Counted from the first letter of the stretch, positions 11,406-21,800 are shown. The stretch: DNA of 64,000 bases from an uncultured Brevibacillus sp. (GCA_946402065.1 CAMIVR010000014.1:443-64442); one strand, 5' to 3'. Numbers and translations: made by a program. The notes: generated from the sequence alone by a model not told the origin.

Positions 11406-11437
11406 CATACTGTTGTCAGTAGCGTTTTCGTATACTG
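11401..11437 (+). promoter_or_regulatory. Candidate WYL-regulator operator and -10 box for the dinB-family gene
   Basis: Perfect palindrome ACTGACA-N6-TGTCAGT (11401-11420) followed by TATACT. Confidence 0.7.
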
Positions 11438-11469
11438 ATATCAACCAGAACGCGAAAGGATGAAAAACA

Positions 11470-12009
11470 ATGAACCCCAATCAATCATTTGCACATTTTG
11501 AAGCACTTGTCGATCACTACCGCGAGCAATTAAACGGCTACAGCATGGAGCAGCTCACATACAAGCCCAACGAAGACGAATGGTCGCTCGGGCAAATGTA
11601 CATCCACCTGATTGGCTCCAGCCTCTTCATGCATTTGCGCAATGTGGAGCTGTGCAAGGATGCGTCTGATCCTGCGGTCGCGATCGGCGGCAAAAAAACC
11701 GAAGACGGCGAGTTTGTCTTTCGCAACGGCGGTTTTCCGCCCATCCGCATCAAAGTTCCGCCATCACCGCAATACACGCCCGCTCAACCGGAGAGCAAAG
11801 ATGCAATCTATCAGGGCTTGAACACGGTCGTCGAAAAACGCAAAGCCATGGAAGCTACCCTTGACGGGATTCCGTCGAGCCATACTGTCGCCCATCCGCG
11901 CCTCGGAGCATTAACAGCAAAGGAATGGTTTGCCTTACTCGAGATGCACTACCGGCACCACCTGCTTCAATTGGAGCGCCTGCAGCAACAATTGGCGTCT
12001 CTTGCATAG
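11470..12009 (+). CDS. DinB-family protein
   Basis: WSLGQMYIHL and HYRHHLLQ histidine motifs; follows a WYL regulator. Confidence 0.88.
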   Translation: MNPNQSFAHFEALVDHYREQLNGYSMEQLTYKPNEDEWSLGQMYIHLIGSSLFMHLRNVELCKDASDPAVAIGGKKTEDGEFVFRNGGFPPIRIKVPPSPQYTPAQPESKDAIYQGLNTVVEKRKAMEATLDGIPSSHTVAHPRLGALTAKEWFALLEMHYRHHLLQLERLQQQLASLA

Positions 12010-12222
12010 CTGTCGGTTGAGAAGACAGATAAAAAAACAGACAGAGGATTACGTGCTGTATTTGTCCTCATGAGCAGCTGACGTGTAGAACCGCCAAAGT
12101 TTCATCCATACTAAAACTCCAGCCTGCCAAGCGGCGGTCACTCCCCTCATTGTGTCACAAAAACGGAGCTTGACCGCTTGCAGCCGCTGGAGTTTTTAAG
12201 CTGTTCCCTTACGCTGTCACAC

Positions 12223-12582
12223 TCATGCCCAACGTGATATCGCGTCGAGGATCCGCTCTTTCTGAAACGGTTTGATAATAAAGTCCTTCGCTCCTGTCTT
12301 CATCGCTTCCAAAACCATCTGCCGCTGTCCCAAGGCTGAGCACATGAGGATTCGTGCTTCCGGATCGAATGCGATAATTTCCCGAACGGCGTCAATCCCT
12401 TGCATTTCCGGCATGGTTATGTCCATCGTAACGATATCCGGGCGCAATTTTTTGTATTTTTCAATGGCTTCAATGCCATTTGTCGCCTCGCCGCAAACCT
12501 CATGAACCCCTTCTAGCATTTGCGTCAACATATGTCTCATAAAAGTTGCGTCGTCAACAATCAAAATACGGGCCACTTTCAT
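12223..12582 (-). CDS. Single-domain response regulator, CheY-like
   Basis: VDD, DITMP and IIKPF receiver motifs; no output domain; outside any che operon. Confidence 0.9.
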   Translation of the reverse strand: MKVARILIVDDATFMRHMLTQMLEGVHEVCGEATNGIEAIEKYKKLRPDIVTMDITMPEMQGIDAVREIIAFDPEARILMCSALGQRQMVLEAMKTGAKDFIIKPFQKERILDAISRWA

Positions 12583-12957
12583 TCCCCCTAACCACTCTTT
12601 GCACGTCTACATAGTATACTTTTACAAATATTGCTGCGATTGTCTATTGAATTATCTTGCAAACCAAGTAAAATCATTTTTCCGAGGAATGCGACCAGGT
12701 TGAAAATCTCGGGTTTCCTGATGTACCTGTATGAACTGTTGCCATTCCATTTACAGGTTGCCGATGGCTGTCCCGCTGCGGAAATTATACAGAAGGCATT
12801 ACCCATGACTCGATACAAATTGAAAAGCGTCGTCGTCTACCGCAACGACGTGTTTTGCCGGCCCCTCTCTGCCCATTGCGAAAAACTGTCTACTGTTACC
12901 TTGTGGAGTTGAAAGCGAAAGCTGCAGTGTTTTGCAAATGAAACTCGTTGGAAGCAT

Positions 12958-13004
12958 AAAAAAGATGTCCGGCAGGAATTTTCTCCTGGCTGGACATCCT
13001 TTTT
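12958..13004. terminator. Bidirectional intrinsic terminator
   Basis: AAAAAGATGTCC-GGCAGGA...TCCTGGC-TGGACATCCTTTTT hairpin with T tracts on both strands. Confidence 0.75.
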
Positions 13005-13022
13005 CGCCCTCGAAGCTCGCCA

Positions 13023-13703
13023 TTATTTATAGTAGGAAGTGGTAAGCGGAACCATGTAACCGGCATCGCCGTTCAGGTTTTCAAAATAGATGTAGACGGA
13101 ATCGACTCCGGCGATATCCACTTCAATCGTCTTCATTCCGTCAGAGAGAGCGACTGTATCGGTTTTTAGGATCGCTTTCGTATCAGAATCTTCTATTTTA
13201 ATCTTTCCGATATCTTTCCCGATGGCAGCAATTTGCAAATAGAGCTTTTTGTATTTCTTTTTCGGTTCCAGAATGAAGCTGCCGACGCGTAATTCAGCCC
13301 GTACATCGTACAGGACCTCGCCGTAGTCTTTTCCGTTATAGACAGTCATTTTTTTGTCTTTCGAGTAATCGCTGTTCGTAAATTTCTCATTTAAAATGGG
13401 TACACCTTCACTTCTTTCACCGATGAAGACCGTATTCGTCTTCGGATCAAAATCGACCGGGACATTCAGTGCTGTAGAAACCGATCTGACCGGCAAATAC
13501 GTAGAGCCTTTGTATGTAATCGGGAGCAGCGGGTTGCCCTGGGCATCTTTCAGTTGAAGCGGTTGCCCGTTTACACTTACTTTCATATCGCCGTTTAGAT
13601 ACGCTTTGATTTCTTGCAAATTGGAGCCCGCATACACCCCCATTGTCGTCCCAAACAGCAATGCGCCCCCCACCAAAGCAGATACTACTTTTTTTTGCAT
13701 CAT
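13023..13703 (-). CDS. Secreted protein with copper amine oxidase N-terminal (stalk) domain
   Basis: Signal peptide; PITYKGSTYLPVRSVSTALNVPVDFD stalk motif. Confidence 0.8.
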   Translation of the reverse strand: MMQKKVVSALVGGALLFGTTMGVYAGSNLQEIKAYLNGDMKVSVNGQPLQLKDAQGNPLLPITYKGSTYLPVRSVSTALNVPVDFDPKTNTVFIGERSEGVPILNEKFTNSDYSKDKKMTVYNGKDYGEVLYDVRAELRVGSFILEPKKKYKKLYLQIAAIGKDIGKIKIEDSDTKAILKTDTVALSDGMKTIEVDIAGVDSVYIYFENLNGDAGYMVPLTTSYYK

Positions 13704-13907
13704 ACAGCCTCCTCATCCTATTCCTATCCGAATTATTTGGGTTATGCTCTGATCATAATCGAGCAGTATATGACAATCATAAGCGAATGTACTTTTTCGG
13801 TAAATAACCCCATCAAAAAACAGTCTAATTGTCATGGGACTTGTACCAGCAAATTGCTTTTTGGGTCCCGCCATCACAAAGGAGGTAAACAAGTAAAAAA
13901 GCACCTG

Positions 13908-14087
13908 CTAGGGTGCTTCTTCTGTAATGAACCCGACATGGGCAGCTCTTTCCGCTGCAAAACCTTCTCGGACTTGCGGGTCTGGTGTTTGTGGATGCGG
14001 TGTAGTCTCGATGATTTCCGGTGAATTGGTATGGGTTACTTCATCGGGAATATCGACCTGTGGGATCTCGATGATGTCTCTTTCCAT
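13908..14087 (-). CDS. Small acidic Pro-rich protein, 59 aa
   Basis: GGAGGT RBS before ATG; MERDIIEIPQVDIPDEVTHTNSPEIIETTPHPQTPDPQVREGFAAERAAHVGFITEEAP*; stop lies in a terminator hairpin. Confidence 0.6.
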   Translation of the reverse strand: MERDIIEIPQVDIPDEVTHTNSPEIIETTPHPQTPDPQVREGFAAERAAHVGFITEEAP

Positions 14088-14259
14088 CTGCTACCTCCAT
14101 TTGTACCGACGTAGTCGTTCTTATCGTTTCATTCCGGCGGCTTCCTTATTCGTTTTCGGCTCTTTTTGCTGCCCTACATCTTCCCTTTTAGAATGGGGGA
14201 TACTTGTAAAGGCAGCAGCACAGTGCCATATTCGACAAGTTTGCAAGGAGGTTCTAGCA

Positions 14260-14655
14260 ATGCACACACGTCAACATCTCATCTCACAGCATCAGGAGTT
14301 GGCCCACTCTCATCGGCAGCATGCACACACTCACTATTCACAAGCGCAGGCCCACCACCACCAGGCACTGTATCACCATCAGCAAGCGCAATTTCATCAC
14401 AACCAGGCGATGGCTCATGCCAGCGGCGTAGGAGCTGCCGTACAGACTCCGTATGACGAGCGGCATACCGCTTACCACAATCAGGTATCACCGGTTGCGC
14501 TCGTCTACCACGGTTCGGTATCGCCGCAGGCCATGTCCTCGCTGCATCAGTTCCATCATCCGTACACGGCCAACCGGCACTACTCCAGCCCAGCTTCCAC
14601 TTCACTCGCTCCACATGCGGCACATGCTACGGAAAACCGGAACGCAATGATGTAG
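14260..14655 (+). CDS. His/Gln-rich small protein, 131 aa
   Basis: AAGGAGG RBS before ATG 14260; strong terminator downstream; His heptad repeat. Confidence 0.75.
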   Translation: MHTRQHLISQHQELAHSHRQHAHTHYSQAQAHHHQALYHHQQAQFHHNQAMAHASGVGAAVQTPYDERHTAYHNQVSPVALVYHGSVSPQAMSSLHQFHHPYTANRHYSSPASTSLAPHAAHATENRNAMM

Positions 14656-14672
14656 CGCGTTAAAACCGGTCC

Positions 14673-14698
14673 AGCCCAAGCCAATGACGGCTTGGGCT
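14673..14698 (+). terminator. Intrinsic terminator
   Basis: Perfect 10-bp stem AGCCCAAGCC/GGCTTGGGCT. Confidence 0.7.
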
Positions 14699-14815
14699 TA
14701 TTGATTGACGTCTCGAGCGATCCCGCCGCTAGCCGAGGGATTTCCTTACTGGTCGACTCATTCGATTTCTGCTATTGTAGAATTTGAATGTCGCTGATAA
14801 AGGAATGTTGCTCAG

Positions 14816-14986
14816 ATGAAAAAGAAAAACCTCGTCTTGCTCCTGATCATTTTATCGGTCGTCGCCAACGGATGCGGCACCGCCTTGCAAAGCAGATTGG
14901 AGTACGCGAGCATTGTCGGTTTTGTGATGGGTGTGATCTTCTTAATTGCCGCCGTAGTTGTCGGCGTATGGAATCGCACCGAATGA
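14816..14986 (+). CDS. Small two-helix membrane protein, 56 aa
   Basis: MKKKNLVLLLIILSVVANGCGTALQSRLEYASIVGFVMGVIFLIAAVVVGVWNRTE*; AAGGA RBS. Confidence 0.6.
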   Translation: MKKKNLVLLLIILSVVANGCGTALQSRLEYASIVGFVMGVIFLIAAVVVGVWNRTE

Positions 14987-14996
14987 GGGCTGTCGT

Positions 14997-15797
14997 CTAG
15001 CGCAAGTGGCGATCGCCATTTAACCAGTCAAACATTTTACAGGTGTACGTTTTGATTTCTTCACTGTCAAACAGGTGGCCTGCTCCCTCAGCCAACCACA
15101 GCTCGTAGGGCTTCCCGTTGGATTCCAGTGCATCTGTCAACCGCTTGGCATGCGTCACACTGACATTCTCGTCTTCCGTGCCGTGAATGATGAGGACCGG
15201 ACAAGCAATTTCCCCTGCCCGCAAGTACGGTGAACGCTCCAGATAGGCTTCCCGTTGTTTGACCGGATGACCGATCAGCCGCTTGAGCATGCGGCGCAAG
15301 TCCACACGCTCCTCATACGTGAGCAGCATGTCGCTGACGCCGCTCCAGACCACACAAGCCTGCAGACCGCGGCACTCGATTGCCGCCAACAGCGCCATGA
15401 CCGCTCCACGGGAAAAACCGTACACGCTGATTTTTTCACGGTCGACGTTGGGCATTTGCCGCAGCAGCTCATAAGCGGCAAAGACATCATGACGATCAGC
15501 CCCGCCGAACTCGTCGCGCCCTTCCCCTCCCTCATTTCCCCGATAATGCGGGGCCAGCACGACGTAACCGAATGCAGCCATTTGCGAAATCCGCTCAGGC
15601 CGAACCTTGCCAATGCCCCGATTCCCTCCGCGACAGTAAAGCAAAGCAGGTAGAGGCTTTCCCACCTCCGTCGTTTCCGGTACTGCCAGCAGAGCCTTCA
15701 CCCGAAGCCCTTCACTCAAATATGTAACGGTAGATAGCGATACCCCTGCCTGAACAGACGGCATTTCTTGCACTTCGATGCGAATCACCTGCTTCAT
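14997..15797 (-). CDS. Alpha/beta hydrolase, S9 peptidase-like (YtmA-like)
   Basis: YCRGG, GFSRG nucleophile motif, IIHGTED, AGH; start uncertain. Confidence 0.85.
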   Translation of the reverse strand: MKQVIRIEVQEMPSVQAGVSLSTVTYLSEGLRVKALLAVPETTEVGKPLPALLYCRGGNRGIGKVRPERISQMAAFGYVVLAPHYRGNEGGEGRDEFGGADRHDVFAAYELLRQMPNVDREKISVYGFSRGAVMALLAAIECRGLQACVVWSGVSDMLLTYEERVDLRRMLKRLIGHPVKQREAYLERSPYLRAGEIACPVLIIHGTEDENVSVTHAKRLTDALESNGKPYELWLAEGAGHLFDSEEIKTYTCKMFDWLNGDRHLR

Positions 15798-15943
15798 TCT
15801 GTTTTGTAAGTAAGAACAATGGAATCCCAAACACTTCTGGCTTAGTATTCGCTGAAACTTGTCGGCCAACCGCCGCGAACCTTGACAGCAAAAAGAAGGA
15901 GAACCGCAGTCAGTTCCCCTTCTTTATCATATAAATATCTGGC

Positions 15944-16360
15944 CTAGTAGCCGCGTTTCGCTTGTTTTTTGTTAATGGTAGCCAAGTTTTCTTCACTGTG
16001 CTTTAACCACTTTTTCAGCTTATCTTCAAAAGAGGCTGGATGGCTGTCCCGTTTGTCTTGACCTCTGCGATCGCCACCACGATTTCCACCACCGCGACGC
16101 TCTTCTGTCGCCTCACGTTCCGGCGCCGGCAGGGCAGCACGAACCGAAAGCGAGATTTTTCCTGCATCATCAATCGAGAGTACTTTCACTTTTACTGGGG
16201 CTCCCACGGTAAAGTGATCATTAATATCCTTTACAAATCCGTTCGCCACTTGGGAAATATGCACTAAACCTTGCTGTGTGTCGCTTACAGCCACAAACAT
16301 CCCAAACGGTTTAATTGCAGTTACTTTTCCCTCGATGATGCTTCCCACTTGTACTGCCAT
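15944..16360 (-). CDS. yugI: S1 RNA-binding domain protein (general stress protein 13-like)
   Basis: GKVTAIKPFGMFV, GLVHISQV, KISLS; C-terminal FEDKLKKW. Confidence 0.8.
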   Translation of the reverse strand: MAVQVGSIIEGKVTAIKPFGMFVAVSDTQQGLVHISQVANGFVKDINDHFTVGAPVKVKVLSIDDAGKISLSVRAALPAPEREATEERRGGGNRGGDRRGQDKRDSHPASFEDKLKKWLKHSEENLATINKKQAKRGY

Positions 16361-16474
16361 TCAGTTTGCACTCCTTTTTCCTTTTCGCAAAAGTATCAAG
16401 AACCTATACTAAGGCTCATTCTCCAAGTATAGCAGAAAATCCTTTTTTCTGAAAAGCCCAATCTGATGAAGTTG

Positions 16475-18214
16475 CTACTTCTCCACCAAATTTGCAGAGG
16501 AAAGGTAAATCTGGTAAGCATCGCTGGCCATAATGACCTCTTCGTTCGTCGGAATGACCATGACTTTGACCGGAGAGTAAGAGCTGGAAATAAACCCCTC
16601 GCCGCGATTGTTGCGATTGGCTTCCTGATCGAGGATGACGCCGGCAAACTCAAGTCCTGCGCAAATCAACTGGCGGACTTTTGCATTATTCTCCCCGACT
16701 CCGGCCGTAAAAATAATGCCGTCGACGCCATTGAGCCGGGCGAGGTACAATCCGATATGCTTGTGCAGATTCGTCGTAAACATATCCAGCGCCAGCTTGC
16801 AGCGAGCATTGCCCTCTTCAGCCGCCTGCATGACCTCGCGCAAATCGCTGGACAGGCCGGAAATGCCGAGCAGTCCGCTCTTTTTGTTCAGGATATCGAT
16901 CGCGGCGGATGTATTGATTTGTTCAATCTCTTCAATGTACGGAATGATCGCCGGATCGATGTTTCCGCTGCGGGTGCCCATCGTCAGCCCGGCCAGCGGT
17001 GTCATTCCCATCGACGTATCCAAAGATTCCCCATTTCGTATGGCTGTAACGCTGACGCCGCTGCCGATATGACAGCTGATCAGGCGCAGCTTTTCCTTGG
17101 GGACGCCCATAAGCTTCTCGGCCCGCTGCATCACATAACGGTGAGAACTGCCGTGGAAGCCGTATTTGCGAATCCCGTATTGTTCGTAGTATTCGTACGG
17201 CAGCGCGTACAGATAAGAGGATGGCGGCATCGATTGATGAAAGGCCGTATCAAAAACCGCCACGTGCAGCGCGTCCGGAAGCGCACGCTCGGCCAGCTCG
17301 ATGCCCATCAGATTAATCGGGTTGTGCAGCGGCGCAAACTTGGCCAACTGCCCGATTGTTGCCATGACTGAATCATTTATTTTCACGGACTCTTTGAACG
17401 CTTCTCCCCCGTGGACGACACGATGCGCGACAATGGAAATGTCGTATGCAGACAGCTTGGCCAAAATCGCTTCGATCTCCGACTCATACGCTGACTTGGC
17501 AATTTCCTGCACACAGTCGGAGATGAGCAATTTCTTTCCGGGCATTTCATACAGCTTGTATTTGACTGACGAACTGCCGCAGTTCAGCACGAGCACCCGC
17601 TGCTTTTCCTGGAGGCGAATGCTTTGGTAGCTGGTCACATCGAAAGCCGGGGCGAGCACCTCTACCTCCATCCCTGTCTTCAACCCGGAGGCATTCGCTT
17701 CGTCTGTGTCAATGTGAAACTCAAGCCGGTAATCCTTGTGAACCCGACATAAAACGTTTTCCAAAATCAACGAACGCGCTCCGCCAACCTCCACGGAGAC
17801 GAGCTGCTTGTCGCGAACGCCAAAGCGTTTGGCGTCTTCTAGCGAAAAGTGTATATGACGAAAAGCGATGATCACGCCGCGTTCGATCGTCACTTGGCCG
17901 TTCGGACCGACAAGCGTAAGCCCGGCACTGCCAGCCAAGTCGCCGGAATCGCGAATGGGCGGATCGACGCCGAGCAGATAGCTGTCTGTGCGGGAAATCT
18001 CCACCTGCGTCAGTTTGCGCGCCGGCCCGAGAATCCGGACATTGGCGATTTTGCCCTTGGGGCCAATCAACGTAACTGTTTCCGTAGCGGCATACTGTCC
18101 GACCTGCTTTAAATCCTTCAGCTTTTGCAGTTGATAACCAGTGCCGAACAACATTTCCAGGTGCTCGGGACTGAGATGAACGTGCCGATTCGAAACGCCT
18201 ACAGGCACTTTCAT
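16475..18214 (-). CDS. Fusion of PduL-type phosphotransacylase and acetate/propionate kinase
   Basis: N-terminal VSNRHVHL...RHIH...HIDTDEANA (PduL); C-terminal LNCGSSS, HRVVHGG, APLHNP, FDTAFH, YGFHG, TAGVGEN, TNEE (AckA); single uninterrupted ORF. Confidence 0.93.
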   Translation of the reverse strand: MKVPVGVSNRHVHLSPEHLEMLFGTGYQLQKLKDLKQVGQYAATETVTLIGPKGKIANVRILGPARKLTQVEISRTDSYLLGVDPPIRDSGDLAGSAGLTLVGPNGQVTIERGVIIAFRHIHFSLEDAKRFGVRDKQLVSVEVGGARSLILENVLCRVHKDYRLEFHIDTDEANASGLKTGMEVEVLAPAFDVTSYQSIRLQEKQRVLVLNCGSSSVKYKLYEMPGKKLLISDCVQEIAKSAYESEIEAILAKLSAYDISIVAHRVVHGGEAFKESVKINDSVMATIGQLAKFAPLHNPINLMGIELAERALPDALHVAVFDTAFHQSMPPSSYLYALPYEYYEQYGIRKYGFHGSSHRYVMQRAEKLMGVPKEKLRLISCHIGSGVSVTAIRNGESLDTSMGMTPLAGLTMGTRSGNIDPAIIPYIEEIEQINTSAAIDILNKKSGLLGISGLSSDLREVMQAAEEGNARCKLALDMFTTNLHKHIGLYLARLNGVDGIIFTAGVGENNAKVRQLICAGLEFAGVILDQEANRNNRGEGFISSSYSPVKVMVIPTNEEVIMASDAYQIYLSSANLVEK

Positions 18215-18220
18215 GTGAAT

Positions 18221-18730
18221 TCACTTCCATTTCCGCTTTTTTTCACGCGTGCCGCCCCGTCTAAGGCTCCATAAAGCAAGAATTGCCATGACGAGGAAGA
18301 CGCCTGTACTATCCAGAATCACATCGGTCAGCATCCCCGTGCGCCCTGGCGTATATGTTTGATGCCATTCATCCAAGACAGCCAAAAAGACCGTCAGCAG
18401 CCCACTCCACGGAATGGCCGCACTCGGCCGCGCCCAACGCCTGATGACCAAGTAAAACAGCAAGGTAATGAAGGAAAAAGTCAGAAAGTGGGTCGCCTTG
18501 CGAATAAAAAATTCGACAAATCCAGCCGTTCCGTTTTCATTTATACTAATTTCCTTTTTTCCGTATGTAAACGAGAAATCTCCTACCAGCTTGGCAACGG
18601 CCTTGAGATTCACCCACTTGGCAATGGTGCCGCGCAAATCCTGCTCCTGATACGACTGGGAGGATGCGAAGAACAAGCCTGCCAGTACCAGCGCAAGCAG
18701 TATGACGAAGAAGATAGCGTTTTTTTTCAC
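18221..18730 (-). CDS. VanZ-family membrane protein
   Basis: FFIRKATHF and DEWHQTYTPGRTG..DV motifs. Confidence 0.88.
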   Translation of the reverse strand: MKKNAIFFVILLALVLAGLFFASSQSYQEQDLRGTIAKWVNLKAVAKLVGDFSFTYGKKEISINENGTAGFVEFFIRKATHFLTFSFITLLFYLVIRRWARPSAAIPWSGLLTVFLAVLDEWHQTYTPGRTGMLTDVILDSTGVFLVMAILALWSLRRGGTREKKRKWK

Positions 18731-18864
18731 AAATTCCCCCCTCACCTGGCCATTGTCTAGTATACCACTATTCTGATGGTCCGGCAGTGGTTAGTAATGA
18801 AGCGCCAAACAATACTCAAAAAAAGCGCTGATCAATGTCGATCAGCACTGTTATCACCACGTTA

Positions 18865-21800
18865 TCACGAGAGCGGGCGAAAATCGTCTGTGGTCAGCTC
18901 CCGCTCCCGCTCGTACCGGCGTGTGTCGCCATTCTGGCTCTCGCCGGCAGCCTCCGCTGCCGCACGGCTTGCTTTTTGTTTCTTTTGCCATTCCCGCCAG
19001 TCCCGCCGGCGGATCCGCTGATTCACCCACCAAGCGGTCAGTTGCTGGCGAATACGTACACCGCTTATGGCCGACGAAGTCAACCGCGTGTAGACCAGCG
19101 CCCAGTACATGCCGGGTACAAGAGCGTACAAGCTCCAGGCGATCACGAGCAGGCCTGGCAACAGCACGACGGCAAACGAAGCCTGTACGCCTACACCGGC
19201 CAAGCGCAGGCCGACCACCGGCAGCAGGCCGACAGCCAAAGCGAGCAAAAGTGCGGTCACTACGGGCAGGTGCATTTTGCTGCCGGTCAACACGCCTTGC
19301 CACAAGGACCTCTCCGTCTGCTCTTCTTCCTGCGGGGCTTCCATGGTGCGGATCATCGCCATCGCCTGCTGCATCACTACTCCGGCGATGGCAAAAAGGG
19401 CAAAGAAGGCCATAACATTTAGCGGACGATCGAACAAGAGCAGGCCCATCATGAGCGCAAAGCCTGTTAACGGCAGCAGCAGTACAGATATCCAGCCGTA
19501 GTGTGCTCTCCGCGTCAAGAACAGACTGAGAAGGATAAAACAAAGGAGGCTAAGGCCACTGACCATTGTTCGCGCAGTCAGATCGTGCTTTTCGACCCGC
19601 TCTTTTTCCTGCTTGCGAATCTCTTCACCGGACAAGATCGAGTAGCCTTGCGGAATCGAAATCTTCTCCTCCATCATGGTCGGCAGGAAGTACGAGAAGC
19701 CTTCGATCCGGCTTGGATCAGAAATCGCGCTGCTGACTTTGATCGCGTACATGCCATCTTCGCGCATGTACGCAGGCGGTTCCTCGACCAGCTTCCAGTC
19801 GACCAGCTCCCCCAGGCTGACAGTGCCTTTAGGCGTGCGGATGAGCAGATTTTTGACCTGATCGGGATGGTCGAGCAGTGTCTCGGGATACCGGGTGACG
19901 ATGGGCAGTGCCTGTTCATTCCACCGGACGCTGCCGACGACATGATCGCCCAGGTAGTTGTCCAATTGATTTTTGATCGTTGCTTCCGTTACGTGGTAAC
20001 GAGCCAGCATCGCTTGCTTGGGAACGAGGTGAATGTAGGGGGTCCCTTCATGGTAGTTCACCCTGATGTCCGTGAGCAGTCGATTGCCTTTCTTATCCTG
20101 AATGCGGGTCGTGCGGAGAAAGTCGCCGATTTCGTTGGCAATTTCCTTCACCTTCTTCAGCGCGACGCCTTTTACGGTGAATTCCAGACGCGTTCCCGCG
20201 CTGTCTCCGACGACCAGGTTGAACGGGTCGGTGTGCGGAATATCTGACAGGATCGCTTTGATCGCTTTCTCGTACTTGGTTTCGCTCAGAATGCGATCGG
20301 CCCGATCCTTTTTCTTCACGGTAAATGTCAGCCGCTCCTTCGCTACCGATGCGTACAGCTCCTGAATGTCGGCAACGCTGCGCAGCTTCTCTTCTGTGTA
20401 TCTGCCCGCCTTCATCGCATCCGCAAGCGTACTTCCCTTGATCATCGGCAGCGAGATCGTCGAGATGTCGCCATCAAGTTTGAGGAATGGATCGACAAGG
20501 ATAAACGAGCGGAGAAAAAAGAACGCAGCCGCTACGATCGCCAGCGTAACGCCATACGGGAGAAGCTTGGCCCTCAGCCAGCGCTGCCGGCGGTTTTCCA
20601 GCCATGCCGCCACCCGGTTTGGCCCTGTCCGCTCTGCATCCTTAGCAGCGCTGCTCCCTGGCGACGCACTGAGCCAACTCGTCGCCAGTGTCGGAAGCAA
20701 AAATCCGTACACGAGAATCATCCCGACGATCCCGATTAAAAATACCGGAAAAGCGCCATACACAACGGGAATATCCGTTGAATTCAAAAAGTCCGTAAAG
20801 ACGAGTACCGTCAACAGCGACAGCAGTGCCACCGCCGGCAGGAGCAGCGGCATTGCGTACGCCCGCGTCACCCGGTCTACGCTCAGCTGACTCCATTCCG
20901 CAATCTGCGTGTAGCGGTGGAATAGCAAAAGTCCTGTACTGACGAACAACAGGCCCATTACGGCAAGCGGCCATAGTGTGGCGATGTCGATGTTCACTCC
21001 CGTCAGCCACAGCCCGCCCAGCATTGTCCCAACCGCTGTGAGCAGCAGCAGGAGCGAAAACAGTCCGGCCAGAGCCTGCCGCATCCAATAACCGATGAAC
21101 AGGGCAGCGACTGTCCCCGCCAGTGCGACGAAAAGCAGCATATCGGCCAAGCCGTTTGCGATCGGCTCCGTATTCAGTACGAACGGCTCCATCGTAAAGC
21201 GTCCGTTCGCTTCCTTGTTGATGGCGTCTACGGTCTTTGCGATGTCTGTGGCGATGTGCGGATACACGCCTGTGTCTGCTCCGTAGACCGTAATCCCGAT
21301 CGCCGGTTCACCGCGAAAGAGCAGCGTGTCGTCCCCTTGGCTGCCACGCATATCCTTGATTTCGGCGAGCAGCTTCAATGCGACATAGCCTTTCGCTGTA
21401 GCGATCGGCGTTCTGCCCAGCTCCTCCGGATTCGCCGGCTGATCTGTCCAGAGAAACCCTGTTCGATCCGTGTCTTTGCCAATCTGGCCGATTCGCTCGT
21501 CTGCCGTCTTTTGCTGAAGCTGCTGCAAAACGTCCTGCGGGGTTAACTGATAGCTTTGCAGCATATCAGGGCGCAGCACGACCTCGACCTTGTTTGCCAA
21601 GGAGTCGGCGATATCGACTCCGGAGACGCCCTCAATTGCTGAAAGGCGATCGGATACGGTCAGCTTCGCCTGATTTACCAGTGTTTGCAGGTCGGCTCCA
21701 TGCAGCAAATAAAACCCAAGCGTTTTGTCAGCCAGCGTGCTTTGTTCGAGCTGGATACTGTCGCGCCCGATCGGGAGCGCCTTGGCCGCCTCTTCCAGCT

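Noticed and set aside
12590-12950. Riboswitch or gene remnant upstream of the cheY-like gene
   Set aside because: No recognisable aptamer consensus or credible ORF by eye
13927-14259. 5' part of the 242-aa ORF
   Set aside because: No RBS and antisense to a better-supported small gene; the AAGGAGG RBS points to ATG 14260
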